Part shown: positions 21,101 to 30,089 of the stretch, one piece after another
Layout: each line of letters opens with the position of its first letter
How positions within the stretch are numbered: position 1 is the stretch's first letter
Source: a virus
Taxonomy: Duplodnaviria; Caudoviricetes
Length of the DNA stretch: 54,859 bases
Reading direction: 5' to 3' (one strand)
IMG/VR virus record: IMGVR_UViG_3300044971_000858
Location: 1-54,859 of that record
Notes under the pieces: model-generated
The model's input: only the letters and a program-made list of their open reading frames with translations
What the model was told of the DNA's origin: nothing
Database searches by the model: none
Translations under genes and position numbers: made by a program

Positions 21101-24100
21101 TGTAGGTAAGGGTAAGATAGGTGAGAAAGCTAAAGCCGCAGAAAAGCCAGCAGAACCTACTCCAGAACAACCAACGCCTACACCAGAAAAGCCAACTAAA
21201 CCTGTAACAGAAGCCCCATCAGCAGCCCGCAAAAAAATAATGGGCGAAGAGATTGGTGAGTTGAAAGACACACCAAAAAACATCATAGCTAAAACCAAGG
21301 CATTACTTCGTGAAAGAGTATTTGATCCTACCAAAGTAACCGAACAGAATACGATTGAAGCATTCCGTGCGCTTGGAAAGCTGACTGGCAACAAGCAAGA
21401 AAGAAGGGATTTTGCTGATGAACTCAATGATATTGCTGCGATTGTAGAAGATACTGGTGCGGCTTCTGAAGTAAGCATGGGTGCTGCATTGTTCGTCAAT
21501 GACCTCTTTGAGTATGCTGTAAGGCTGGCAGCGGAAGGGCAGAAGATGATGCTTGGCATAATGATGACCAATATCAATCGGTTGCCAACAGGAACAGAAG
21601 GCCGAAGTGATGCTGGTAGGGCATTGCGAGCAGCAAGGGAGATGAAAGATACCTTCCTTACTATGGCGCAAGCCGAGCAGGATGCCTTCATCAACTACGC
21701 TGCTGAGTTTGTTTACGGCCCAAACCCAACCAAAGAACAAGTTGACTCTATCCAGATCGGATACGATGCGGTAGAGAAAGTTGAAGAACCAACTGCTGAA
21801 GAATTGACTGATGAGCTTGATGAAGTAGGCAAGAAGACAGGCACAGATTTGGTAGCAAAGATTGAAGATGAGATTGCTCAGGCTACATCACCTACTAAAG
21901 ACCCAATTGTATCTACCATACTTACATTGCAGAAGCTCTATGGTGGAACTATTGAAACGAGATACCTTGAGGCGCGGGAGTCGGCGCAGAAGATTAAGGA
22001 AGGCGTAAAGAAAATCCTTACTGGCGGCATCACAAACTACCGAGGAAAAATGGTTGAGGGTGCGGCTTCTGGATTGGAGTCTGGATTCTGGAAGACACTT
22101 GCTAATACGGAGAATAAACCCGGCCCACTTGGAGAACTTGATAATGCACAGAACCGAGAGCTTGGGAGCATTGTAAAGAGTATGCTTATATCTCTTGGTT
22201 TAAAGGGAACTCCACCCAATACCAAGATGGACATCTATGAGCAAGTAGCCAGCATCCTTGGGGAGAAGCCACTTTCTAACGACAAAATCAAACTTGCTGA
22301 TGAAAAGATTAGGGATGAGATCAATCGCAAGCGGGAAAAAGAACTTTCAGAAACTGAAGATCAAGATGCTCAAGATGCCATCAATCTGAAGTATAATGGC
22401 ATAGAGAACGCTTGGGATCAGTCGATGGCGCGGCAGTTGGATATACCAATAAGTGATGCAATGCTTCGCCGCCTTATCTTCAATGAACTCAAAGAAGAAA
22501 AGACGAGTATTACTGATCTTGCTAAACTGATGAACGAAGAACCTGTTATTGGATCAAGCAGGCAGGATCGTTTGGTTAATTCTATCATCAGCAAGATTGC
22601 TGGAGTAACATTTGAAGGACAGAATCCTGCTGACTATTCTGCACTCAAAGAATACTTAGGTAATCAACTTGAATCATTGATCCAAGAGAAGCAGTTGAAG
22701 TCCAATGCCGCTAAAGCTAAAGCGCAATTAGCCAAAGATGCTAAAGGAAGCGTTGAGTTGCAGGCAGAAAAGGCAGAGAACGAAGCTCAATCGCAGATCG
22801 AAAGATTGGCTAAGATTCAATCAGATACTCCTTCATTCCCCGGAGAAGCGCAAATGAATCCTGTCCATGAGGCAGTAAAGAATGCCTTGAAGTTGAATCT
22901 GAATAGGATGTTTGATCCAAGTCAATCTGCTGAAATCATATCTAACTTCAAGAAATCATTCGTGAAAGAACTCATGGGATTTGGGGTGAAAGAACAGCCA
23001 GCAACTATTCTCGCTGATGTTGTAGGAAGGCAGATTGAAATCAACTCTTTAAACAACCAACTTAAATCCATTGATCGTGCGATTGAGAAAGGATCAATCT
23101 CGGAAATCGTCAAAGCAATCAAAGATACTCCGCTTGAAGAACAGCAGAAGCCAAATTGGAGATACGAAGTCATGCGCGACTACCTCCGCAAAGCAGGATT
23201 GAATGTCGCCCAGTCTGAAAGGATTGCGAAGTTGATGGACATCTCGCTCCAGAAACGCTTCACACAGGCTAAAGAGCAAGCGTTCACGGATGCCGTCAGC
23301 AAGACCGCGCCTTGGAAGGATGGCAATGTCCGTAGTAAACGAGCATTCCAGCAAGTTCTCCAAGCAATCCGTTCTGGTGCGCTTGATCCATCTCGCAACA
23401 TGGCAAGTGATATTGCCGCACTCAATGGATGGACTGGATTCACAGCAGACCAATACAAGAACCTACTCAAGAACGACACTATCCTTGCTGACCCAAAATC
23501 CAGTGATCTTGAAAAATCAGAAGCCTACAAAGCAATCCAAGACATCATTTCAAAATCCAAGTTGCCAATCAGAGCAAGGGATGTCATCGGACAATACTAC
23601 GATGCACAAGCATTGAGTGGTATCCCTACATTGACTGTGAACTCATTTTCACCAATCGCATTTGCTATGCGGAATGCTATCATTGAGATTGGATCGGGAA
23701 CACTCAAAGGTAATCCAAAGGCTATCACCAATGCGGCGACTGCCTTTGTGGATTCGATCAAATCGTGGGCGAATACAGTTGCCTTCTCTTTCAAGAACAA
23801 TGTCACAGTTTATTCAAATGTGGATTACATCGTGAACGATGACAATCTTCTTAGGCTTTATCGTCGCGGAGTAGATCAGTTCAAAGGTGGCAAGACACCA
23901 AGAGAACGAGCGGACGGAGTAAAGAACATGATGATTGGTATGATGGATTATGTTCGTCGTATCTTGAATGCTCTCGACTACGGCGCGATTGCCTCACTTC
24001 AGAACCAGAACATCAGCAAGTATGCGATGGCAGTAATGAAGAACAAGGGGATGAATAACAAGCAGGCTAATGAAGTCTTCGCTGCCATGATGAAAGAGAA

Positions 24101-25583
24101 GAATGATTTCTACCTTAATCAAATCGCTATCGGAACCGATAAAAACAAGGCGAGCATTCTCGCGGATGAGTATTACATTTCATCTTGGAAAAAATCTTTG
24201 GAGAAAGAAGGCGTTGGAGCAGGAGAAATCAAATCTGCAATGGATGCCGCTATCAACGATGCCTTGTCTTCAGTAGGTAGGAACAGGCAATCCCTCGACG
24301 CATTCAAAGAAGAAGCGACAAATTTAAAAGACGCTGGATTGGCATCCTCTCCTGCATTGTGGTTGTTGGAGTCTGTAGCTAACGCTGCTAATAGAAGCGA
24401 TAGCCAATTCATTAAGGTATTTAGCCGGGTGATCTATGGATTCGCCATCGTCCCTGCTCGCGTGATTCGTGAGACTGCATGGTTCTCGCCTTATGGATTC
24501 GTTCGCCTTGCGGTAGACAAAGCAATGCGTGGAAAAAATATGGACTCTCGTTATGCTCAATCCTTGGGAAGTGACTTCCAACGCCAGCAAAGATTCAATG
24601 AAGCGGTTGCTGGAACTGTAGCATTGATTGCGCTTGCCTCACTTCGCGGAAGTTCAACTGACGAACCAGAGGAAGATGAGTTCAAGATAGTATTTACTGG
24701 TAATGGGCCACAAAGGAAAGATGACGCTCAATTTTACGACTCTTGGTATAAGGCAGGCAATAAGCCAAACTCAATGATCGTGTCGTTTGGGAAAACCAAA
24801 TTTACTTTGAACATGATGAGGGGATTTGAGGCGTTCACTTGGCCTGCTATGATGCTTGGCGCGGTGGATGACCTTGAGATTCGCAAGAAGCAAAAGCGTG
24901 ATGCAAATACAGGAACTCAATTGGAAGATGCGAGCATCGTTGCAGGGTTTGTATTTGACGCAGCACTTCGCCGTGGGCCGTATGCCTTCACCACAAAATC
25001 ACTCTTCGGAACCTACGGAGACATCGGTGTAGAGGGCGTTGCCAAGGGGTTGACCTTCCCTGCAAAGACTCTGATTCCAGTATTAGGAACAAGTCTTGCA
25101 AGTAACCTATCGAACTTCATCAACGATCCGATTGATAGACGCACTCTGGATGGCGCGGTATGGTCAAACATCCCATTCATCGGGCCTGCCGTAGCACCGA
25201 AATCCTTAAATGCTTTTGGTGAACCATCGCTATCAACTGACTTCGCAAGCAAGATGTTTAAGCTCGGAGTTCCGATTGTCTATGACATCCCGACTGACAG
25301 AGAATCAATCATGCTTCATGAGTTAGTCTTGAGTAAGGGTGGCGGGCCAAGCATACCGACTCGGAATCAGCTTGCACAAAGGCTCGATAGGCAACCAACC
25401 AACAAGGAATACGAGATGTTCGTGAAGGAATATGGTGCGGTTCTCACGAAGTCCATGAAGAAGAATTACGAGAAACTTTCTGCGATGAAACCGGAGGCTT
25501 ACACCAAGGTTGTTGAGCGAATCGGTAATCGTGCAAGGGACATCGCAGAGAACAAAGTTAGGGTTGCTGCGAAAAAGCCTTGA
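18126..25583 (+). CDS. Very large internal virion (polyvalent-type) protein with MutS-domain-I-like motif
   Basis: 2485 aa; FKIGDFYEF; Pro/Glu linkers; ends the structural operon. Confidence 0.7.
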   Translation: MEFEFLGEVSGKSEKPSTTKPNDSGIEFEFLDEVTEQPSGLLRQAADIPIQFAKGVGSAVRGYTDLFGADNEVSKSIAGYEDYMDSILSAESKKDSKRVSELLQKAKDGGFLDKVAAGFEAFASAPAEMTANTLGYMVPQLVFGVAGKAAQLSKAAQVGLTIGTGFAQGVGMGKGNIYQGTKDYLREQGVPEDQIEPIASRAQAYNGKNLDQLLLSGGLNALAASTGAEAILTRVLSKQGKDVGEDIIKGILKGAGAEAPIEGVQSAQEAIAPNIALQREGFNVPTFQGAIESATTGIVAGGLIGGAAGAIEAASPEQKALTDIEKEANRRMRDLESDNPAAQALSTEITRLERGIDNKRQDLDALESTSPEANSLRLDIAADQKKLATLKTEAAKFGLSETITTIEEQQAALAKTITAPAEPKPLPTDVLPTETLGATYGREEQVYDVFGEITRKPVSIPKPAELPAAPTIEEQTAEGTYGGQTGVFDVFAGARRKPVVTEQAAPAEAPAPEIAPIAEPTVKISRGENFSMDGEYNVSIGDKKYRIFKDSESGYWYDAGVREDAVTQGKAIQGMPWLGLLSTETRKDAIAELVNKYKKEPITPAVSETITEPVSVENVVGKKVTDSMGALPQKATKAREALQGYTPIFKIGDFYEFIGEEAGLSGSTVVGTGKSARSSLPYHQVSKLQEIANKTGKPIAIIANTKVAEVITPAVSETITEPVTPTEVKTTTEPTKTSPVASTSKAAGDVVNEIERVVDIKGVRAAKQIFDKVIQTLESLVEESKASAGFQTVEFRPSAQKKYGLGTIFIDGEYVASVGKYGDVRPNEEYELKKELPSSFDIRDLSPAKLKQSIELGVASKIARRNNKNQKYIVHIPGDGTFKIESNPIAVAEVVRRIKTNGPSAWKGIYEPKLGEKGGVLIPTKEDFIQAGQNIYEAGMEFGAWAKQMIQRFGDAVREFLGEVWQAVSGAPAKLNELMGYLPKKGEAGAVNVGKGKIGEKAKAAEKPAEPTPEQPTPTPEKPTKPVTEAPSAARKKIMGEEIGELKDTPKNIIAKTKALLRERVFDPTKVTEQNTIEAFRALGKLTGNKQERRDFADELNDIAAIVEDTGAASEVSMGAALFVNDLFEYAVRLAAEGQKMMLGIMMTNINRLPTGTEGRSDAGRALRAAREMKDTFLTMAQAEQDAFINYAAEFVYGPNPTKEQVDSIQIGYDAVEKVEEPTAEELTDELDEVGKKTGTDLVAKIEDEIAQATSPTKDPIVSTILTLQKLYGGTIETRYLEARESAQKIKEGVKKILTGGITNYRGKMVEGAASGLESGFWKTLANTENKPGPLGELDNAQNRELGSIVKSMLISLGLKGTPPNTKMDIYEQVASILGEKPLSNDKIKLADEKIRDEINRKREKELSETEDQDAQDAINLKYNGIENAWDQSMARQLDIPISDAMLRRLIFNELKEEKTSITDLAKLMNEEPVIGSSRQDRLVNSIISKIAGVTFEGQNPADYSALKEYLGNQLESLIQEKQLKSNAAKAKAQLAKDAKGSVELQAEKAENEAQSQIERLAKIQSDTPSFPGEAQMNPVHEAVKNALKLNLNRMFDPSQSAEIISNFKKSFVKELMGFGVKEQPATILADVVGRQIEINSLNNQLKSIDRAIEKGSISEIVKAIKDTPLEEQQKPNWRYEVMRDYLRKAGLNVAQSERIAKLMDISLQKRFTQAKEQAFTDAVSKTAPWKDGNVRSKRAFQQVLQAIRSGALDPSRNMASDIAALNGWTGFTADQYKNLLKNDTILADPKSSDLEKSEAYKAIQDIISKSKLPIRARDVIGQYYDAQALSGIPTLTVNSFSPIAFAMRNAIIEIGSGTLKGNPKAITNAATAFVDSIKSWANTVAFSFKNNVTVYSNVDYIVNDDNLLRLYRRGVDQFKGGKTPRERADGVKNMMIGMMDYVRRILNALDYGAIASLQNQNISKYAMAVMKNKGMNNKQANEVFAAMMKEKNDFYLNQIAIGTDKNKASILADEYYISSWKKSLEKEGVGAGEIKSAMDAAINDALSSVGRNRQSLDAFKEEATNLKDAGLASSPALWLLESVANAANRSDSQFIKVFSRVIYGFAIVPARVIRETAWFSPYGFVRLAVDKAMRGKNMDSRYAQSLGSDFQRQQRFNEAVAGTVALIALASLRGSSTDEPEEDEFKIVFTGNGPQRKDDAQFYDSWYKAGNKPNSMIVSFGKTKFTLNMMRGFEAFTWPAMMLGAVDDLEIRKKQKRDANTGTQLEDASIVAGFVFDAALRRGPYAFTTKSLFGTYGDIGVEGVAKGLTFPAKTLIPVLGTSLASNLSNFINDPIDRRTLDGAVWSNIPFIGPAVAPKSLNAFGEPSLSTDFASKMFKLGVPIVYDIPTDRESIMLHELVLSKGGGPSIPTRNQLAQRLDRQPTNKEYEMFVKEYGAVLTKSMKKNYEKLSAMKPEAYTKVVERIGNRARDIAENKVRVAAKKP
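19932..20287 (+). repeat. 29-bp direct repeat pair (19932-19960, 20259-20287)
   Basis: ACCCCCGCAGTATCGGAAACGATAACGGA twice, 327 bp apart. Confidence 0.9.
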
Positions 25584-25607
25584 CACCCGCAGAGGCTGAT
25601 GTAGATT
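25580..25607 (+). promoter_or_regulatory. Sigma70-like promoter
   Basis: TTGACA-N16-TAGATT. Confidence 0.55.
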
Positions 25608-25612
25608 GGTTC

Positions 25613-25686
25613 TGCAAACTGCATTGGGTTTGTTTCATGTTATTCATTAGGGGACGCACCTCGGAGAAATCTGGGGTGCGTTTTCT
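25613..25686 (+). ncRNA. Candidate ~75-nt small RNA ending in an intrinsic terminator
   Basis: Promoter upstream; hairpin GACGCACCTCGGA-GAAA-TCTGGGGTGCGTTTT; no ORF. Confidence 0.45.
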
Positions 25687-25733
25687 GTTATCGGAACCGA
25701 TAAAAATATTTTCTAAAAAGTATTAAAAAAATG

Positions 25734-25761
25734 TTGACACGATAATCGTAGTCTGTAGATT
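25734..25761 (+). promoter_or_regulatory. Sigma70-like promoter for recombination operon
   Basis: TTGACA-N16-TAGATT with AT-rich upstream region. Confidence 0.65.
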
Positions 25762-25800
25762 TGCCTTGTGAACGGCACAACCTCCGTCCATAAAAACCTA

Positions 25801-26010
25801 ATGAAAGACACACCAACAGTAAAAAAAGAAGTAGCAGAAAAACCAGCAGTGAACTCCGAACTCCAGCGTGACATCTATCTCCGCTTGGTATCATCGGCAG
25901 CAGCAGACGGACGATTCCTTCTCGGCAATCTTCCCAATGCACAGGCAGTAGTCAAGCAGGGCGACCACCTCAAAGGTGTGGCTGAAATTCTTGCCAAGTG
26001 CTACGAGTAA
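25801..26010 (+). CDS. Hypothetical protein
   Basis: ATG after AAAAACCTA leader; 69 aa. Confidence 0.6.
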   Translation: MKDTPTVKKEVAEKPAVNSELQRDIYLRLVSSAAADGRFLLGNLPNAQAVVKQGDHLKGVAEILAKCYE

Positions 26011-26147
26011 TGGAAGACGATTACGACTTGAGCAGTGAGATTGAGGAGGAGCGGCAAGAAAGGCACGACCAAGAATGCGCTCGACTCGATTGGAAACAAG
26101 GAATCCGCCGACCATTTGACGAACCTGACGATGACGATCACGAATAA
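26010..26147 (+). CDS. Small highly acidic protein (45 aa)
   Basis: MEDDYDLSSEIEEERQERHDQECARLDWKQGIRRPFDEPDDDDHE; TAATG coupling. Confidence 0.55.
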   Translation: MEDDYDLSSEIEEERQERHDQECARLDWKQGIRRPFDEPDDDDHE

Positions 26148-26994
26148 CTTTTTTCTCCCAGCACCCATGTATCGGGCGTTGGCACATGATGGTTATATGG
26201 CAGGTCAAAGGAAGGCTGACATCTCAGTGACTACCTTGATCGGGCCACCGAAGATCAACCAACTCAAGAAACGCTACTCTGACCAGATCGTAGAAGACGC
26301 ATCCGATAGGGTGTGGGCATTGCTTGGTCAGTCAGTGCATAAGGTTCTTGAGTTGGCAGGAGGAGAAGATGAGATGACTGAGAAGCGTCTTTACAAAGAG
26401 ATCAATGGATGGACGCTGACCGGACAGACTGACTTGTATGAAGTAGAGAAGGGAATCCTTTCTGACTTCAAGGTAACTTCAGTCTTCTCATTTCTTCTCG
26501 GACAAAAATCTGAGTGGGTAGCCCAACTCAACTGCAACGCCCTACTTTGGAGAGAGTATGGGTATTCCCCAAAGAAACTCCAGATCGTCGCCATCCTCCG
26601 TGACTGGCAGGCAAGTAAGGCAGAGTTTGATAAAGAGTATCCTCAGTGTGCAGTTCACATTGTTGACATACCTCTTTGGGATAACGAAGAGTGCATCGCC
26701 TACGCAGCAGAGCGGATCAAACTCCACCAAGCGGCGGCAGCAATGCCAGACGATACCATCCCTGCTTGTGATCCAAAGGAACGCTGGGCTAAACCAGATA
26801 CATTTGCCATTAAAAAAGATGGCAATAAGAGAGCAGCTAAAGTGTGCGAGACATTGGAGGAGGCGCAAAACTTACTTCCTACCTATGGAGCGAAACACTC
26901 AATCGAAAAACGAAGCGGAGGGGATATGCGTTGCGAGCGTTACTGCTCAGTAGCCCCCTTCTGCCACTACTACAAAACAACCTATAAAGAATAA
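26131..26994 (+). CDS. Cas4-like PD-(D/E)XK exonuclease
   Basis: GQSVH...E...GQTD...SDFK...QLN; C-terminal CERYC...FC. Confidence 0.8.
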   Translation: MTITNNFFLPAPMYRALAHDGYMAGQRKADISVTTLIGPPKINQLKKRYSDQIVEDASDRVWALLGQSVHKVLELAGGEDEMTEKRLYKEINGWTLTGQTDLYEVEKGILSDFKVTSVFSFLLGQKSEWVAQLNCNALLWREYGYSPKKLQIVAILRDWQASKAEFDKEYPQCAVHIVDIPLWDNEECIAYAAERIKLHQAAAAMPDDTIPACDPKERWAKPDTFAIKKDGNKRAAKVCETLEEAQNLLPTYGAKHSIEKRSGGDMRCERYCSVAPFCHYYKTTYKE

Positions 26995-27001
26995 CAAATA
27001 T

Positions 27002-27391
27002 ATGAATAACCTAATAGTTGAAAATATCACAAAAATTGATCCAAATATTGGATGTCACGAAACCCATTACGCAGCAATTGCACACATCCAAGAAGCAGGC
27101 GGGTTGTGCGCGTTGATAGACTTGACCAACGGACTTGACGTGGAAAGAGCCAAAGAGTTTGGCGTAAACTTCGATGAGTTACTGGTATCAAAAGCGGATA
27201 CAGCATATGAAGCATCAATGGTAGTCCGAACCCTAATTGCAGGAGGAGTTGATTTGATTGAGATTAACACCTGTAAATTCGTTTATGATCCAGAGAAGGA
27301 GGCGGCAGCAAAAGTTAAATCAGACAAATTCCACGCTGAACTCAGAGAGCATTTGTTGAAACGAAAAGAAGGAGTGAAATCAAATGAATAA
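27002..27391 (+). CDS. Truncated RecA-derived protein, catalytic motifs absent
   Basis: CALIDLTNGLDVERAKEFGVNFDELLVSKADT aligns with RecA [32 protein letters not shown]. Confidence 0.75.
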   Translation: MNNLIVENITKIDPNIGCHETHYAAIAHIQEAGGLCALIDLTNGLDVERAKEFGVNFDELLVSKADTAYEASMVVRTLIAGGVDLIEINTCKFVYDPEKEAAAKVKSDKFHAELREHLLKRKEGVKSNE

Positions 27392-27644
27392 CTTTAGAGC
27401 AGAATTAAAGCCCAGTGAACAAGTTGAAATCGGGGCATCTGATGCAGCTTATTTTTGGGAAAAAGCAACACACATATTGCAATGGGAAGTAAATAAAGAA
27501 TTCCATAAAGATCATCCTATGGTTGTTGCTAAATTAGCTGAAATTCAAGCAAGTTTATACACAAATAAAGCGATCACTACAGCTATTCAAGACTTGGCAA
27601 GTTCAATTAACTTTTTAGCTGAAGTAGTTAAATGCCGCGAATAA
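27384..27644 (+). CDS. Hypothetical protein
   Basis: 86 aa, coupled to upstream gene. Confidence 0.6.
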   Translation: MNNFRAELKPSEQVEIGASDAAYFWEKATHILQWEVNKEFHKDHPMVVAKLAEIQASLYTNKAITTAIQDLASSINFLAEVVKCRE

Positions 27645-27652
27645 TAAACCAA

Positions 27653-27889
27653 ATGAATAGTAAGCTGCTACCACCTATCGAAAGACTGGCGATGCTGCCA
27701 GAAGAGAATAGGCAAGAGGCATTAGACTGGATGGCAAACCAACCTCCAGCAAGGATAGATGATACTGTTGATCCAATCAGCCGATGGGAAATCCGCATTA
27801 GCTTGGGAGGATTAGGAGACTTCTATCGTATCTACGACAAAGCAACCAAAGAAATCAAAGAACTGGAAGTAAACGAAGACAACTGGTAA
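27653..27889 (+). CDS. Hypothetical protein
   Basis: 78 aa in operon (alternative start 27632). Confidence 0.55.
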   Translation: MNSKLLPPIERLAMLPEENRQEALDWMANQPPARIDDTVDPISRWEIRISLGGLGDFYRIYDKATKEIKELEVNEDNW

Positions 27890-27896
27890 ATAAATT

Positions 27897-28721
27897 ATGA
27901 GTAACCAATTAGAAGGAATCGAACAGAAAGACATCATCAAACGGGTGACTGGCAAGGTCACTAAATTGTGGGAACCTAAGACATTCAACGGCCCGAAAGG
28001 TGAGTTTGTCATCCAAGGTGGAGACATTGAGATCGACGGGCAGACCTACGGCCTCAAGTTCTTTAACAATACACAGGAGCAAAGCATCAAAGGTAATGTA
28101 GTCACACTCTCATCAGTCCGTGGCAAGCATGGTTTGACTGGAGTATCCTTGGAGCATGAATCCTACGAAGGTAAGAACGGCAAGGTAGATCGTGACATCA
28201 TCAAGGTCACAGCTACTGGCAAGGTTGAGTTTGACCGACCAAGCGAAGAGCCTGCCCGTGTTACATCAGCACCCAAGGTTATCGTAACCGATAATCCAGA
28301 GAAGGCACTCGATGAGATCGTGGAGATGCACCAATACATCGACTCCTTGGTTCGCATGGCATACCTTGGCAAGATCACAGACGAAGAGACTCTTCGCTCT
28401 TATGTCTCCTCGGTCTTCATCGAAGCTAACCGCAAGGGTATCCACTACTCGACCAAGACCGAAGCACCAAAGAAGGAAGAACCAAAGGAAGAGCTTAATC
28501 CCGACGACTGGGGTTCAGCAATCGTTCCAGAAGGACATCCTAAGTTCAAAGAACTTGGCGGCAAGAAGCTGGCTGAGATCGGCAAGCCTGCCCTCACTAA
28601 ACTCTACGAGTATTTCTTGGAGAAAGGATTCACAACTCCATTCGCTAAGTGCGTAGAGAAAGCAGCAGAAGACCTCAACCTCGATGCTCCAGTAGAAGAA
28701 GCAGACGAAATCCCTTGGTAA
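27897..28721 (+). CDS. Probable ssDNA-binding protein
   Basis: OB-fold-like N-terminus (VTGKVTKLWEPKTF); acidic tail EEADEIPW. Confidence 0.55.
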   Translation: MSNQLEGIEQKDIIKRVTGKVTKLWEPKTFNGPKGEFVIQGGDIEIDGQTYGLKFFNNTQEQSIKGNVVTLSSVRGKHGLTGVSLEHESYEGKNGKVDRDIIKVTATGKVEFDRPSEEPARVTSAPKVIVTDNPEKALDEIVEMHQYIDSLVRMAYLGKITDEETLRSYVSSVFIEANRKGIHYSTKTEAPKKEEPKEELNPDDWGSAIVPEGHPKFKELGGKKLAEIGKPALTKLYEYFLEKGFTTPFAKCVEKAAEDLNLDAPVEEADEIPW

Positions 28722-28763
28722 TCCTGTTCTCCCCAGAACACCTAACCTAAACCTAAACACAAC

Positions 28764-29741
28764 ATGAAAAAGAAAGAATTAGAATTGTTCAGCCCAACTC
28801 AAGAGGGAATCATCGTTCCTCTGTCAAAGTATCTCAAGCAAATGGTCGAGTTTGCTAAATCGGAATGGCCCGGAGTAGCGATTACAGACTCCAAGGTGAA
28901 AGAAGTGTGGAAACTGGTAGCCTCCAACAGCTACATTGATGATGACCAACCAAATGAGGTTGCCGAAATGTTTGAGAAGATGTCCGCTGACTTGGATATG
29001 GCCGAGGAAATGGAAGAGGAACGCCTTGCCATGCCAGCAGTAGCAGAAGAAGTTGAGGTCGAACTTACCGAAGATGAACCAGTCAATGAATCCCTCGCTC
29101 TTGTGCAGAGTGTGAAGGATGGATTGGAACTTTCTTCGTTCACTCAGAAGTTCGACATTGGATCGGGGATGACTCAGTGCGTTCCCAAAGGTAAGGTAGA
29201 GATGAAGGATTGGGTAGCAGCATTTGCATTCGGTCTGACTCTGGAGTCGGGCGCACAATGGATCATCGGTGATTCGGTTGTAGCCTTGGAGAACGCAGGG
29301 CATGAGGATGTAGTCAACCAACTCTGCTCTAACTTCAAGAAGTCTTATCCAACTGTCTCCGGTTATGCCCGTGCTTGCCGTGCATTCCCTGCCGATAAGC
29401 GCGATCCAGCCCTTCCATTCACAGTCTATCGTGAGATTGGCAATGCTAACTTTGGTGACAACAGCACCAAGAAACAGCAGGAACTTCTTGAAGCAGCGAA
29501 GACTGAGAAGCTATCTTCAACTGAAGTAAGGAACCGAGTGCGGCATGAGCAGGGTAAAGAAGTAGATAAACCATCCGGTCATCGTTTTCTTCTTCTCAAT
29601 GTAGGTAACTTCTCCAACTCTGAAGTCCTCCGCTCAATGCCCGAAGAAGTGCAAGAACACCAACTCCTAATTGATTTAGGTGACAAGTCATGGTTTGATC
29701 CAGCCGAAGGAGAATGGTTGAAATTCTTGAAAGAACAATAA
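28764..29741 (+). CDS. Putative DNA-binding protein with LmbU/ParB-C-like helical HTH domain
   Basis: QWIIGD...YARACRAFP..KR..LPFTVYREI...LLEAA...LSSTEVR pattern. Confidence 0.5.
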   Translation: MKKKELELFSPTQEGIIVPLSKYLKQMVEFAKSEWPGVAITDSKVKEVWKLVASNSYIDDDQPNEVAEMFEKMSADLDMAEEMEEERLAMPAVAEEVEVELTEDEPVNESLALVQSVKDGLELSSFTQKFDIGSGMTQCVPKGKVEMKDWVAAFAFGLTLESGAQWIIGDSVVALENAGHEDVVNQLCSNFKKSYPTVSGYARACRAFPADKRDPALPFTVYREIGNANFGDNSTKKQQELLEAAKTEKLSSTEVRNRVRHEQGKEVDKPSGHRFLLLNVGNFSNSEVLRSMPEEVQEHQLLIDLGDKSWFDPAEGEWLKFLKEQ

Positions 29742-29744
29742 TTT

Positions 29745-30023
29745 ATGTCAGAACCAACACAACAAAACGAAACCTCGAAAGCAGTCCTTGAAGCGTTCAC
29801 GTTCATCAAGTCAGCCGACGAGACACTAAACGAACGAGTTCATGCAATGGCCAGCCTGTTGCATACAGCAGCGATGATGGTCATCAAATCTGAATCCCGC
29901 AAGGGTGAAGGGTTTGAAGCTATCAAGTATCTGGAACTTGCATTCATGTATTATCAAAACTCTCAGTTCCGCAAACGCTTCGATAAGGAAGAGGAAGAGG
30001 AAGCCCCTCGGATTATCAGCTAA
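29745..30023 (+). CDS. Hypothetical protein
   Basis: 92 aa, last in operon. Confidence 0.6.
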   Translation: MSEPTQQNETSKAVLEAFTFIKSADETLNERVHAMASLLHTAAMMVIKSESRKGEGFEAIKYLELAFMYYQNSQFRKRFDKEEEEEAPRIIS

Positions 30024-30048
30024 AGTATCGTAACCGATAAAAAAGTAT

Positions 30049-30076
30049 TTGACATTAGCTTTCGATTCGCTAGAGT
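30049..30076 (+). promoter_or_regulatory. Sigma70-like promoter
   Basis: TTGACA-N16-TAGAGT, directly after a palindrome copy. Confidence 0.6.
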
Positions 30077-30089
30077 GCTTGTATCCAAT

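Noticed and set aside
18758-25586. Many antisense or nested ORFs in the giant gene (likewise in portal and terL)
   Set aside because: No leaders or motifs; explained by the main frame
26131-26994. CRISPR-Cas system
   Set aside because: Lone Cas4-like nuclease; no other cas genes or regularly spaced array seen
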